From: a virus
Lineage: Duplodnaviria > Caudoviricetes
Reading direction: 5' to 3' (one strand)
Virus record (IMG/VR): IMGVR_UViG_3300028591_000176
Location: 1-64,000 of that record
Length of the DNA stretch: 64,000 nucleotides
Positions 1-8,622 of the stretch are shown one piece after another. The position numbers were made by a program, and so were the translations under genes. A model generated the notes under the pieces. It saw only the letters and a list, made by a program, of their open reading frames with translations. It was not told the DNA's origin and ran no database searches. Position 1 is the first letter of the stretch, and each line of letters starts with the position of its first letter.

Positions 1-587
1 TCGTCTGGAAACACCTGTCGCAATACGCGCAAGAATACCTGTACGTCACGCGATGCCTGATGCCGCTGACGTTTTGCTTCACCTCTTTCCATAGCTTCTT
101 TCTCTTTTTCTTCTTTTTCTTTTTTGTTTGCAGTTTCTTTGTATTTCTCACTTGCCGCACCAAGCTTGCAGCCCTGTGCTTTCTTGACAGCTAACGCTTT
201 CTTCGTGCGGTCACTTGTCAGCTCGCGTTCGTATTGTGCAACACTGGCAAATACGCCTAACAGCAAAGAATTCATTACTGGCATGTCCGTGAAATGAATC
301 TCTATGCCAGTATTAACAACGCGGAAGCAGAACTCTACGTCGCGTGCCAATCTGTCAAGCTTCGCAATAACCAGCGGATATTCGTTCTGTTTGCAATAAC
401 AGATGGCCTGCGCAAGACCTTTTCTGTCTCTGTGCGTACCTGACTCGACGTCAACAAACTCCTGTACGCACTTGCCGTTTGCGTTCTTTATAAAGTCCTC
501 GCACATCTTTCTTTGTGCGTCAAGACCCAAACCCGAACGCCCTTGCTTTTGCGTAGATACACGCAGGTATGTTACATATTTTTTCAT
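1..587 (-). CDS. Serine recombinase (resolvase/invertase family), 3' end runs off the window
   Basis: Hand translation from ATG at 587: MKKYVTYLRVSTQKQGRSGLGLDAQR...VESG...LVIAKLDRLARD...SVAQYERELTSDRTKKAL. Shows the YxRVST catalytic-Ser motif and the DRLxR motif. Absent from the ORF track because no stop lies inside the window. Confidence 0.9.
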   Translation of the reverse strand, partial: MKKYVTYLRVSTQKQGRSGLGLDAQRKMCEDFIKNANGKCVQEFVDVESGTHRDRKGLAQAICYCKQNEYPLVIAKLDRLARDVEFCFRVVNTGIEIHFTDMPVMNSLLLGVFASVAQYERELTSDRTKKALAVKKAQGCKLGAASEKYKETANKKEKEEKEKEAMERGEAKRQRHQASRDVQVFLRVLRQVFPD

Positions 588-589
588 GA

Positions 590-799
590 CTAGTCAACTT
601 TAAAAAGATAACATGTTTCGCCAGCCGTTGTTATAAACTCTACGTCAGGATGGATGCAGCCAAACTCATAACTCTTGAATGTCTGAATGTACGTACTACG
701 TGGGTTTATCTTGCCTTTTGTAATACTGCTGACAATTGGCATATACATAGCCCCCTTTCTGAAATGGAATGCTTCATTTAACAACTCTCTCGCTTTCAT
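590..799 (-). CDS. Hypothetical protein (69 aa)
   Basis: ORF tightly packed in the leftward gene run, with an A-rich upstream region. Confidence 0.6.
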   Translation of the reverse strand: MKARELLNEAFHFRKGAMYMPIVSSITKGKINPRSTYIQTFKSYEFGCIHPDVEFITTAGETCYLFKVD

Positions 800-800
800 A

Positions 801-1133
801 TTACTTATATCTTATAAAACCAAGTATTGTCTCCAAATCCCAGTCATCGCATATACTTTCTAGGATTTCGTGAGCGTTATCCATAGCCGTTTCGTCGCAA
901 TCAATAATAACGTCAAACTTTTCAAGAATCTCTTCTTTGTCACGGCATCCAATTGCAAAGAGAATGTCAACAAACCTGTCATGATACACTTTCTTTTTCC
1001 ATGCAGCATTAATCTTGCGCACCAACTCTGGGTTGTGACCATTGTACGTGTCCATGATGTCGCTGTAGCTATTATCTTCGATATAGCTTACCAAGTCAAC
1101 AAGATATTCTGGACGAATATCTTTCTCTTCCAT
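801..1133 (-). CDS. Hypothetical acidic protein (110 aa)
   Basis: ORF in the leftward run, stop 1 nt from the next start. Confidence 0.7.
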   Translation of the reverse strand: MEEKDIRPEYLVDLVSYIEDNSYSDIMDTYNGHNPELVRKINAAWKKKVYHDRFVDILFAIGCRDKEEILEKFDVIIDCDETAMDNAHEILESICDDWDLETILGFIRYK

Positions 1134-1170
1134 AATTTTGATTGTTTGATTTATTAATTATATTTATTAA

Positions 1171-1260
1171 TTATAACCACATGAGAAAATAACAGATAGC
1201 CATTACTACCGCCACGTAGATTGTTCCCATGAAATTTTCTTTAAAATCTTTCTTGTTCAT
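1171..1260 (-). CDS. Possible 29-aa single-TM peptide (MNKKDFKENFMGTIYVAVVMAICYFLMWL)
   Basis: Fills the gap between two genes, ATG adjacent to the upstream stop, hydrophobic C-terminal half. Confidence 0.35.
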   Translation of the reverse strand: MNKKDFKENFMGTIYVAVVMAICYFLMWL

Positions 1261-1261
1261 A

Positions 1262-1795
1262 TTAGTCGACGTAATCAAAATAATACTGCATTGCCTTCTC
1301 ATGTTTCGGATGGCTCTCGTTAAACCAGTTAAAGTACAAACATCTTGCGTCATAATACAAGTCGCTGTACATTTCAGCGTACTGACGATTACCTCTTGCC
1401 GAGTGTTCCCAAGCCTTCATATTAAGCACAATAATAATCTCGGCAAAGAACTCGATGTCGTCTCGCCAATTCTGCAAAGCATTGCGGAGGGTACTGGCAA
1501 TTGCCGACATGCCTTCGACAGGCACGCACCATTCAGCCACGCTAAAGTCAGACGTGTACGTTGTCTTGCGCTTGTAGTTTTCACGCAAGTTGGACTCGAA
1601 GTTTCTTTCGCACCACATGCCGTAAACTAGCGCTCCCTGTAAACCGCCGTATTTCTTTGCAAACGGCATCAGCTGCTCACTCAGGTTGTCGTAATTGTGT
1701 GCCTTCACATAAGCACACATTTCGCTCACTTCCTCGTTAAAATCTTTCTTTGTCATAGTTGTAATGGTTTTAAAGTTTAATAAATCCGTTTTCAT
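1262..1795 (-). CDS. Hypothetical phage protein (true start possibly 1756)
   Basis: 177-aa ORF. The TTYTSDFSVAEW...IIVLNMKAWEH pattern resembles a family I recall from gut phages; function unknown. Confidence 0.75.
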   Translation of the reverse strand: MKTDLLNFKTITTMTKKDFNEEVSEMCAYVKAHNYDNLSEQLMPFAKKYGGLQGALVYGMWCERNFESNLRENYKRKTTYTSDFSVAEWCVPVEGMSAIASTLRNALQNWRDDIEFFAEIIIVLNMKAWEHSARGNRQYAEMYSDLYYDARCLYFNWFNESHPKHEKAMQYYFDYVD

Positions 1796-2057
1796 CTAAC
1801 TCGTACCACGATGCCAACAGGTAGTGGTCGTAGCCTTCGTAGTCTTTATCATACGACACGTACTGACAATACGTAGTACCTTTTTTGTCATCGCCATCAT
1901 CTTGCACCCATTCACGGAAGCCCATAAGACTGTTTGTTAAATCAAGCACAGGCCGCTGGCCGTTAAACTCCATGAAATTAAACGGGAAGTCCTGCGAATA
2001 AACAACCATCATGTCGCTGCCGACATGTGCCGTGATTGAAAAATTAAACTTTGCCAT
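1770..2057 (-). CDS. Hypothetical protein (95 aa)
   Basis: ORF in the leftward run with an A-rich start context. Confidence 0.7.
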   Translation of the reverse strand: MAKFNFSITAHVGSDMMVVYSQDFPFNFMEFNGQRPVLDLTNSLMGFREWVQDDGDDKKGTTYCQYVSYDKDYEGYDHYLLASWYELDENGFIKL

Positions 2058-2083
2058 AATACTTAATGTTTTGTGTGTTAATA

Positions 2084-2521
2084 CTAGATGTCTATACTAC
2101 CCCAAAAGCCTTCAATGGTATCAGTCTTGTCTTCAAACAAAACTTCAATACAAGTCAAGAAATAGCTGGACGCTTCCATGTTCGCCTCATAATCTTCTAT
2201 TTGATACGTTGCCGAACGAAAGAAGCTAATGAGTGAATAGCGAAGAGTGTCCAGAGACATCCTTTCTAAACCCATGTAAATGCGCCTGCCAAGAGCCTTG
2301 TACTCGTCAAAAACATCATCGTAGCTTTCGTTGTCTTTTTCAAAGTCCTCATCGTATTGCTCAGACCACGAATACACATTGAGACAGTAAATGTGGCTAA
2401 ATTGCTTTTTTACGTTAGCGCAAAACGATGGGCTACCGCCATACCTTGAACATGATGCCACTCCGCACACAAGACCTGCGGCCTTTATGTACTCTTTCTT
2501 ACCAATAATAAAGCTACTCAT
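2084..2521 (-). CDS. Hypothetical protein (145 aa)
   Basis: ORF in the leftward run with an A-rich start context. Confidence 0.75.
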   Translation of the reverse strand: MSSFIIGKKEYIKAAGLVCGVASCSRYGGSPSFCANVKKQFSHIYCLNVYSWSEQYDEDFEKDNESYDDVFDEYKALGRRIYMGLERMSLDTLRYSLISFFRSATYQIEDYEANMEASSYFLTCIEVLFEDKTDTIEGFWGSIDI

Positions 2522-2530
2522 AACGTTTAT

Positions 2531-2707
2531 TTAAGATTTAAATTCGACACTTTGCAAGTCGATACTTGCAATTTCGTCACATGGGAAATCATCGTCACCA
2601 ATGGATGCACAGGCATCCATCAGGGCTGCGTCTTCGTTAAAGCCTTCACCAACCTGCGTGAAGGCTGTGCCACTCACTAGAGTGACAAGAAATAAATACT
2701 TTTTCAT
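2531..2707 (-). CDS. Hypothetical small acidic protein (58 aa, MKKYLFLVTLVSG...)
   Basis: Hand-translated ORF below the track cut-off that fills the gap in the leftward run. Confidence 0.5.
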   Translation of the reverse strand: MKKYLFLVTLVSGTAFTQVGEGFNEDAALMDACASIGDDDFPCDEIASIDLQSVEFKS

Positions 2708-2833
2708 TGCTGTAATGGTTTAAGTGATTAATAAATTTTGTTCCCCGCAACAATGTCAGTTTGCGTTGACGGAATCTTACCGCATCGCAGGGATGCGCGG
2801 CGCGCGGGCGGGTGTCGATAGTGGCCACCGCCC

Positions 2834-3244
2834 TTATCCTAGCCATTTAAGCCACGCCTCACACTGGTCGACACGCTCGCGCAGCATCTTCTGGTCATCG
2901 AACTCATACCCGCGCTTAATACGTGCACGCAGGCTGGCAACCTCGCGCTCAAAATACGTGCGTGCGCTTCTCTCGGCTTTCTTAATATCGCTATCTGACA
3001 CACACTTGTCGATAATATTCTGGCGCACAAGTTCGCCAGTCCAGCTATCTTTGTCACTCCAAACAAAGCCCAGCCTGTCGCCATGTACGTCGTCAATCAT
3101 TCCGTAATGGATGCCGACCTTGACAAACATTCCAATGTATTGCTCCAGCCCTTTGTCGTTTTTCACAGCGGGCGACGGTGTACTGATTGTACCTTCCTGT
3201 AAACCCAACATTTCAAGTTCGCTCTGATTTAACTTTCTTTCCAT
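2834..3244 (-). CDS. Hypothetical protein (136 aa)
   Basis: ORF with AGGAGG 8 nt upstream of the ATG (plus-strand CCTCCT 3253-3258). Confidence 0.75.
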   Translation of the reverse strand: MERKLNQSELEMLGLQEGTISTPSPAVKNDKGLEQYIGMFVKVGIHYGMIDDVHGDRLGFVWSDKDSWTGELVRQNIIDKCVSDSDIKKAERSARTYFEREVASLRARIKRGYEFDDQKMLRERVDQCEAWLKWLG

Positions 3245-3266
3245 ATCTTTTGCCTCCTATGCTTTG

Positions 3267-4061
3267 TTATTTTTTAATACACGTTGTAAATAATTTCTCT
3301 AACTCCTCGACAGTTTTGATGTCCTTTGCGTCATAAAAGCTTAAAGCGACATCGTACTTTACGTTGTTTTCCTTCAGCCAAGAGCGCAATGCGTATCCTT
3401 GCAACGAGCCGCCAACATCGCTCCAGCCACACATTTCGCGGAAACGAAAACCAAAACGTCTGTTCCACGCTGCACTTAACAGCGGAAACGCCATCTTTAG
3501 CACGTCAATATGCTGACCGCTATCCTTTAGCTTTGTAATAAAGCCCGTCCTCTTTGAGCCGCTGTCGGCTACATTGCTAGCGTACAGGTTTACCCTGTAG
3601 CCCTTGCGTTCGAGGCTCATGATACAAGACACAACCCTTGCGCTGACCTTTGCAATCTCTTCTGCCGTCTCGTCTCCGTATGTGTTGCACCCGTATATAA
3701 CGGTCAGGACTTTCTGCGCCACTTTCTTCTCTTCAACCCAAAGCATATTGTTTGGTATGCCTGTAAGAAAGTTAGGTACATGCGGTGCAAAGCCTGCAAC
3801 ACGCGTCACGATGCGCTTCTGTACACCCGTGCTCGGCATGTGTATGTCTAGCTTGTCGCTTCCGCGTAACATCTTTGCCAGCTCATCGTCACCTTTGATG
3901 ATACGCTCCTCGGCCTCCTTGTACGTCTTCGTGCCGTACCACTCTTCGTTATACTCTGAATTGCTATTATAACCGCCCTTTTCGCTCCCAAGGTGAGCGA
4001 CCATCTCCGCAATGCTATTATAGCACACAAAGTCACTTTTTTTCATTTTTCTGCTTTTCAT
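3267..4061 (-). CDS. vWA-like partner of the adjacent AAA+ ATPase (putative)
   Basis: Directly downstream of a MoxR-type ATPase. Alternating beta/alpha pattern (VLTVIYGCN, YRVNLYA) with at best a degenerate MIDAS motif. Confidence 0.55.
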   Translation of the reverse strand: MKSRKMKKSDFVCYNSIAEMVAHLGSEKGGYNSNSEYNEEWYGTKTYKEAEERIIKGDDELAKMLRGSDKLDIHMPSTGVQKRIVTRVAGFAPHVPNFLTGIPNNMLWVEEKKVAQKVLTVIYGCNTYGDETAEEIAKVSARVVSCIMSLERKGYRVNLYASNVADSGSKRTGFITKLKDSGQHIDVLKMAFPLLSAAWNRRFGFRFREMCGWSDVGGSLQGYALRSWLKENNVKYDVALSFYDAKDIKTVEELEKLFTTCIKK

Positions 4062-4114
4062 ACCTCTTGCCTCCTATGCTTTAATATCGTTGTTTTAAGG
4101 GGAGGTGCGGATAT

Positions 4115-5593
4115 TTACCACACCTCCTCAGTACGCATCTGCTCAATGCAAGCCTTCATCGCCCGTGCCCACCTGTTTGACTTGTTTTCTAGATGCTCAT
4201 ACAGGTTTAGAGCATCGTCAACGGTCTTCTCCTGCAAGACCGAACCACGCAGCAGATGCGCATCATCGTTGCGGCAGCACTCCTGTAATGTGGCGAGGTC
4301 ACTGGCCTGCCTATAGCTGAATAGCTGACTGATGCCCGTCTTGTTAGCTGCCCTGCGGAGGTCTTCACCAAAGTTCACGATTTCCTCGTCACCGCCCGTT
4401 ATGCTTAGGAACACGTTACGGTCGTACGTCACCGTCTCAAAGAAGAAACGATTCTTAAAGCTAGTGTCCTGCATCTGTCGTGCCACGTACTCCATCGTCG
4501 CACCTGTCATGCGTGTGTTGCCTGCGGCAATAACACGGAAGTTCGGATGAGCGTTGACGTTGCCGATGACAGGAAAATCAAACCGCTTGTTTGCTATCGC
4601 GTTGTTTAACACGACAAGAGCCTCGGGTGCACTTGCGTCCACCTCATCCAAGAAGAACACACCTCCGTTCGCGAATGCCTTGTAAAATGCCGTCTCCACA
4701 AACTTGCCTGCGGCATCGCCGTAGCCTTTCAATTCGTAGGCGAATATCGCCTGCGACGTCTCGTAATAGTCCAAACCTAATGCCTCGGCAATCTGCTTTG
4801 CAGTGTACGACTTGCCGCTGCCAGCTGGTCCGTACATGTACAACGGCTTGCCAGCGTTGACAAGGTTGCAGAAGATGTCAAAATTCTTGTTGACAACGCC
4901 CTCGACCTTCACGATGCCTGCGGCAGACTTCACCTCTATGACACGACATTCCTGTTTGATGCCTGCAAAATACTCCTTCACGATGCTACGTACCTGCTCC
5001 TCGTTGACGGATGCCTCCTGCTGCTCAACTACAACAGGCTTAACAAGCCCTGCGATTTTCATGACAGCCTCAAACATGTCTGCGCCCATGCTGCCGTACT
5101 TTTCGGCTAACTCACGGCGAATGACGTCAGGCTCAATAAACTCAGACGCGATTTCTGCTGCGCTGCCCAAGACCTCCCGCTTGACGGGGTGGCTTTCCTG
5201 CTCCAGCTGCTCCCACACCTTTTCAGCCGTGACGTTTTCCACCTTGGCCTGCTCGGTCACCTCATTAACGACCTCCTCGACCTTAATTACCTCGACAGGC
5301 TCGCCGCCTAATTCGCGCACTTCGACCTGTGGGTTGATGACAGGCTCCTGCTTGGGCTTGCGTGCCTTCTTCGTGCCCTTTGCGCCCTTTGTGGCGAGAC
5401 TCCAGCCTTCCGCCAGCGTATGCATGTCGCGCCCGTCCTCAGACGTGCCTGCTGGCAAGACCATCGGGTACGACTCGTAAAAACGCTTGCCCTTATTCGG
5501 CCTGCGTGCCTCGCTGACAATCTGCCCGTTTTCTACTACAACGTTCAATACGTTGACAACTTCTCCCGTTGAAAGATTCTGTACTTTAATCAT
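4115..5593 (-). CDS. MoxR/CbbQ-like (AAA_5) AAA+ ATPase with long N-terminal extension
   Basis: Walker A GPAGSGKS, Walker B FFLDEVD, sensor region VIAAGNT, and a NRF arginine-finger-like motif. Acidic Glu/Val-rich linker in the N-terminal half. Confidence 0.85.
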   Translation of the reverse strand: MIKVQNLSTGEVVNVLNVVVENGQIVSEARRPNKGKRFYESYPMVLPAGTSEDGRDMHTLAEGWSLATKGAKGTKKARKPKQEPVINPQVEVRELGGEPVEVIKVEEVVNEVTEQAKVENVTAEKVWEQLEQESHPVKREVLGSAAEIASEFIEPDVIRRELAEKYGSMGADMFEAVMKIAGLVKPVVVEQQEASVNEEQVRSIVKEYFAGIKQECRVIEVKSAAGIVKVEGVVNKNFDIFCNLVNAGKPLYMYGPAGSGKSYTAKQIAEALGLDYYETSQAIFAYELKGYGDAAGKFVETAFYKAFANGGVFFLDEVDASAPEALVVLNNAIANKRFDFPVIGNVNAHPNFRVIAAGNTRMTGATMEYVARQMQDTSFKNRFFFETVTYDRNVFLSITGGDEEIVNFGEDLRRAANKTGISQLFSYRQASDLATLQECCRNDDAHLLRGSVLQEKTVDDALNLYEHLENKSNRWARAMKACIEQMRTEEVW

Positions 5594-5687
5594 GATAAAG
5601 TCCTCCGTTTGTTTAAATGATTAATGAAAAATGATTATTGTTTGTTACGTTTGCACAGACCGCTCGCTTTGCGCCCGCTAAAAGAGT

Positions 5688-5888
5688 TTATTTTTTCGAC
5701 CTGCTTTCGGCAGACACGTCTTCAAAAACGCAGACGAAGCCTGCCAAAAATACACATGCACACACAAAAAACGCATAGTCGCACCAAGCCTGTCGCAGTG
5801 CTGCACACACACATGCAAGATAGGGCAGCACGCCCATGCCCACAATTACGCACACAATACCCAAAATGAGCAATTTTCCGCTTTTCAT
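5688..5888 (-). CDS. Small membrane protein (66 aa, two hydrophobic segments)
   Basis: AGGAGGT 7 nt upstream; hydrophobic and Cys-rich. Confidence 0.6.
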   Translation of the reverse strand: MKSGKLLILGIVCVIVGMGVLPYLACVCAALRQAWCDYAFFVCACVFLAGFVCVFEDVSAESRSKK

Positions 5889-5931
5889 GATATAGACCTC
5901 CTGCTTATTAGTTAGACCGACTCCTGCCTAA

Positions 5932-6489
5932 TTATGCCTTCTCAAAGGTGACAGTGACGCTGCCGTCTGCACCCTTTTCGGTTTTCTTGATATAGACCTC
6001 ACCCTTTTCAATTAAAGCGTTTTTGTGCTCCTCGGCTACCTTTGCCTCCTCCTGAGCGTCAACGAGCTCGGCCGACTGACACAGACCTTCCAAAATAAGA
6101 CTATCGTCCCAGAGTTTTGGCGTACCGAGGACACGTACCTTCACCGACACGAATTTTACACCTTTTTTCGTTTCGACCTTTTCGTACATATTGACCTCCT
6201 TGGGCTCGCCCTTTTCGTTTGTGATGGTGACCTTGGCCGTTTCGCTTAAATACAAGCCCATAACGGCCTTGCCGTCGACGTTGATACGCAAAGCGTCTGC
6301 CCACCCTGCGCAAACGTTTTTAAAACCGAAAGATTCAATACCGAGCGATTCTAGTACTTCGGCATGCTTCGACTCTAGACCCGACAAGGCCTTTAATGCT
6401 TGATTGAATGTACCTGCGGCAGCATGTACTGGTGAACACTTGCCACGAAGGACGTTGATTTTGCTAACTTCATTTACTTTCTTTGTCAT
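5932..6489 (-). CDS. Hypothetical protein, first gene of the leftward early run (185 aa)
   Basis: AGGAGGT 7 nt upstream of the ATG; long ORF. Confidence 0.8.
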   Translation of the reverse strand: MTKKVNEVSKINVLRGKCSPVHAAAGTFNQALKALSGLESKHAEVLESLGIESFGFKNVCAGWADALRINVDGKAVMGLYLSETAKVTITNEKGEPKEVNMYEKVETKKGVKFVSVKVRVLGTPKLWDDSLILEGLCQSAELVDAQEEAKVAEEHKNALIEKGEVYIKKTEKGADGSVTVTFEKA

Positions 6490-6636
6490 AATTTTGACCT
6501 CCTGATTTTTGGTTTTAAATTAATAATGAATGATAAATAATACTTGCGCCTTGGGGAAAAGTCGCGAAAACTCCCAAGGTCTGCACCTGCCAAACGGCCT
6601 GCGCTTTTCTGCACCTTTTTTCAGTAACAAAAATAA

Positions 6637-6652
6637 TGTTTCACGTGAAACA
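6637..6652. promoter_or_regulatory. parS: parS-like centromere site (perfect palindrome TGTTTCACGTGAAACA)
   Basis: Exact match to the bacterial chromosomal parS consensus TGTTNCACGTGAAACA. Confidence 0.85.
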
Positions 6653-6862
6653 CTGTCTTCGTATATCAAAATTCTATATTTGCGTTTTATTGTTTCTGCA
6701 CCAAGTCATCATTTGCAACCTTCCGCAGTATTGCAACCTGCGAAAATGTTTTCAATAAAAATAGGTATTGCAAGCGCAAAGTCTTGCACCTAATTAACGC
6801 AAATTAAAGTACTGATTTTTTCCTCGTTTAGAATTTTTTCGTGTCAAATTTGGTCGGCAAAA

Positions 6863-6894
6863 TGTTTCACGTGGAACATGTTTCACGTGGAACA
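6863..6894. promoter_or_regulatory. parS: Two abutting parS-like sites (TGTTTCACGTGGAACA x2)
   Basis: 6863-6878 and 6879-6894 are identical 16-mers. Their reverse complement TGTTCCACGTGAAACA fits the parS consensus. Confidence 0.85.
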
Positions 6895-7408
6895 AATAAC
6901 TGCACTTAATAGCCAAATTACATGCAAGGAGTCTTCGGCCTCCCGTTTACATGTTTAGGTAAAATATCGTTATACCTTGTCCGTGTCCTCGCTACCTAAA
7001 AAGTGTTATATACTATTTTTCTATATCATGTAACCTTCCCGAGGCTACCTTTTCAGTCACTTGCAAAGTTATATCTTTCGTTTCTCACTTAGTCTGCGCT
7101 CCTGCCTAAATTACAAGTTATAAACCTTGTGTTCAGGGTGCAAAGATTTGCAAAGCATTTATCTTTTAGCATTATTCAGTTAACAGTCTTTTCGTTACAC
7201 TTTCAAAAGTATACCTGCTGCACCTTTTCTTTTGTATGGTAAATAAGTGAAAGAACATACAACAAATTACTTCGCTTTATGCAAGCTTTTCAAATGTAGT
7301 CGGGAAGGTATCTCAAGAAAATGAATTCTTTCGAAAGAGCTTCGTCCTCGTTGGACGTTTTTTAAACGGCCGTCCTCCGTTTTATCGCGTGAATCACTTT
7401 TCACGTTG

Positions 7409-7440
7409 CAAAGGTACAACGATTTTCTCAATTACGCAAT
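7409..7440 (-). promoter_or_regulatory. Bacteroidota-type promoter, leftward
   Basis: Minus-strand TACCTTTG (7409-7416) matches the -7 TAnnTTTG consensus, with ATTG 20 nt upstream. Confidence 0.6.
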
Positions 7441-7489
7441 ACTTTGCTATCTTTTTAACAAATAACGCCTAACTAGCTGAAAATCAGCA

Positions 7490-7960
7490 AAGTTTATGTT
7501 AAAATCGTATTAAAAATATGTTAACAATACATGAAAATGTGTACTATCTTTATTTTTTTTGTTTCGCAATTAATTGATTATTAATAACATATCCAAAAAT
7601 ATATAGAAATAAAGTAATAACTTTTTACTATAGTGTTAAGTTGAAAAAATATATTTTAAATAGTGTAATAGTATGCTAGTACGCCGTTTTATAGCCGGGT
7701 TATTAAAATTGCACAAAAATAGGAAAATGTGCAATTTTGTTGTATCTGATATATTGTCTATATACATATTTAATAATATAATAATGTAATAATATTATAG
7801 TGTACTATTATATTAATACACTATATAATATAATATATAATTTACTCTTTTATTTTAGTTAGTTAGTTTTTAGTATTTATATTGTTATGTTAGTTAGTGT
7901 GTATTGTTAGTTATTTAGTTATTTGTTTAGTTAGTTAGTATATACAAGTCGATACGAAAA
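7490..7960. repeat. Extremely AT-rich low-complexity tract with many TTAG/TAGT units
   Basis: Seen directly. No ORF; TTAG repeated many times at 7855-7940. Confidence 0.8.
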
Positions 7961-8245
7961 AACAAAATAGGCATGTTTTCGGGATAACTGGATAACTGGA
8001 AAAACGCTGAAAAGTTAGTTATTTGTTGTTTGGTGTACATGTTAGTTTTAAGCTAGTTTTAGCAAATGAACAATTGTCAAAAATAGCAAATTTCCGAAAA
8101 CGCTAGAAAATAGGCTCAGTCCGTCGACGTTACTCTAAACATGTTAGGGGTGGGGGGGGTGCCCAGCCAGCCCAATTGTCTGGTACAAACCCACTTTTTT
8201 GAAAAAAAATTTTTCAAAAACGAAAAATCAAAAAACGAAAAACGC

Positions 8246-8323
8246 ATTTTAAGCCGTTTTAAGCGGTTTTTTCTTTCTTTGTGGGACTTTATCCACTTTG
8301 GGTATAAAAGCGCGCCTATGGGC
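8246..8323 (-). repeat. Dispersed ~80-bp intergenic element, copy 1
   Basis: Reverse complement shares AAAACGGCTTAAAAT (15/15) and GCCC(A/G)TAGGCGCG (12/13) with 15990-16068 at near-identical spacing (50 vs 51 nt). Confidence 0.75.
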
Positions 8324-8614
8324 TTAAAAATGGCTTTTATGGGTTTTCTTTGTGTTTTATCATCCTGCGTGTGTCTGGTATAAGCAGATTACATGTTGTT
8401 ACATATTATTTCGCATTCGTTTTACATGTTGTTACATGCCTTTACATGTGTTTTTTTAAAAATGCCATAATTTTGCGTATTCGCGCGCGTGTGTGCGTAT
8501 ATGTGTATATATATTATATTGTGTATACCTTTAAAATAGTGTACATTCATAAAAAAGTGTACCTATTTAGTATAATTTTTGTTAAAGGATTATTGTTTTT
8601 ATGTTTTTTGTGCT

Positions 8615-8622
8615 TATCTTTG
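8615..8622 (+). promoter_or_regulatory. Bacteroidota -7 promoter element for the rightward replication operon
   Basis: TATCTTTG about 36 nt before the ATG at 8659. Confidence 0.65.

Noticed and set aside
6530-6793. 87-aa plus-strand ORF spanning the first parS site
   Set aside because: No plus-strand promoter or operon context and low-complexity translation; better explained as non-coding control DNA.
6863-6894. Possible CRISPR mini-array
   Set aside because: Two abutting 16-mers with no spacer and no cas genes; the sequence matches parS instead. No CRISPR array was seen anywhere in the window.
8147-8159. G-quadruplex
   Set aside because: Only 12 G in two runs, not four G3 tracts; kept only as part of the origin/terminus observation.
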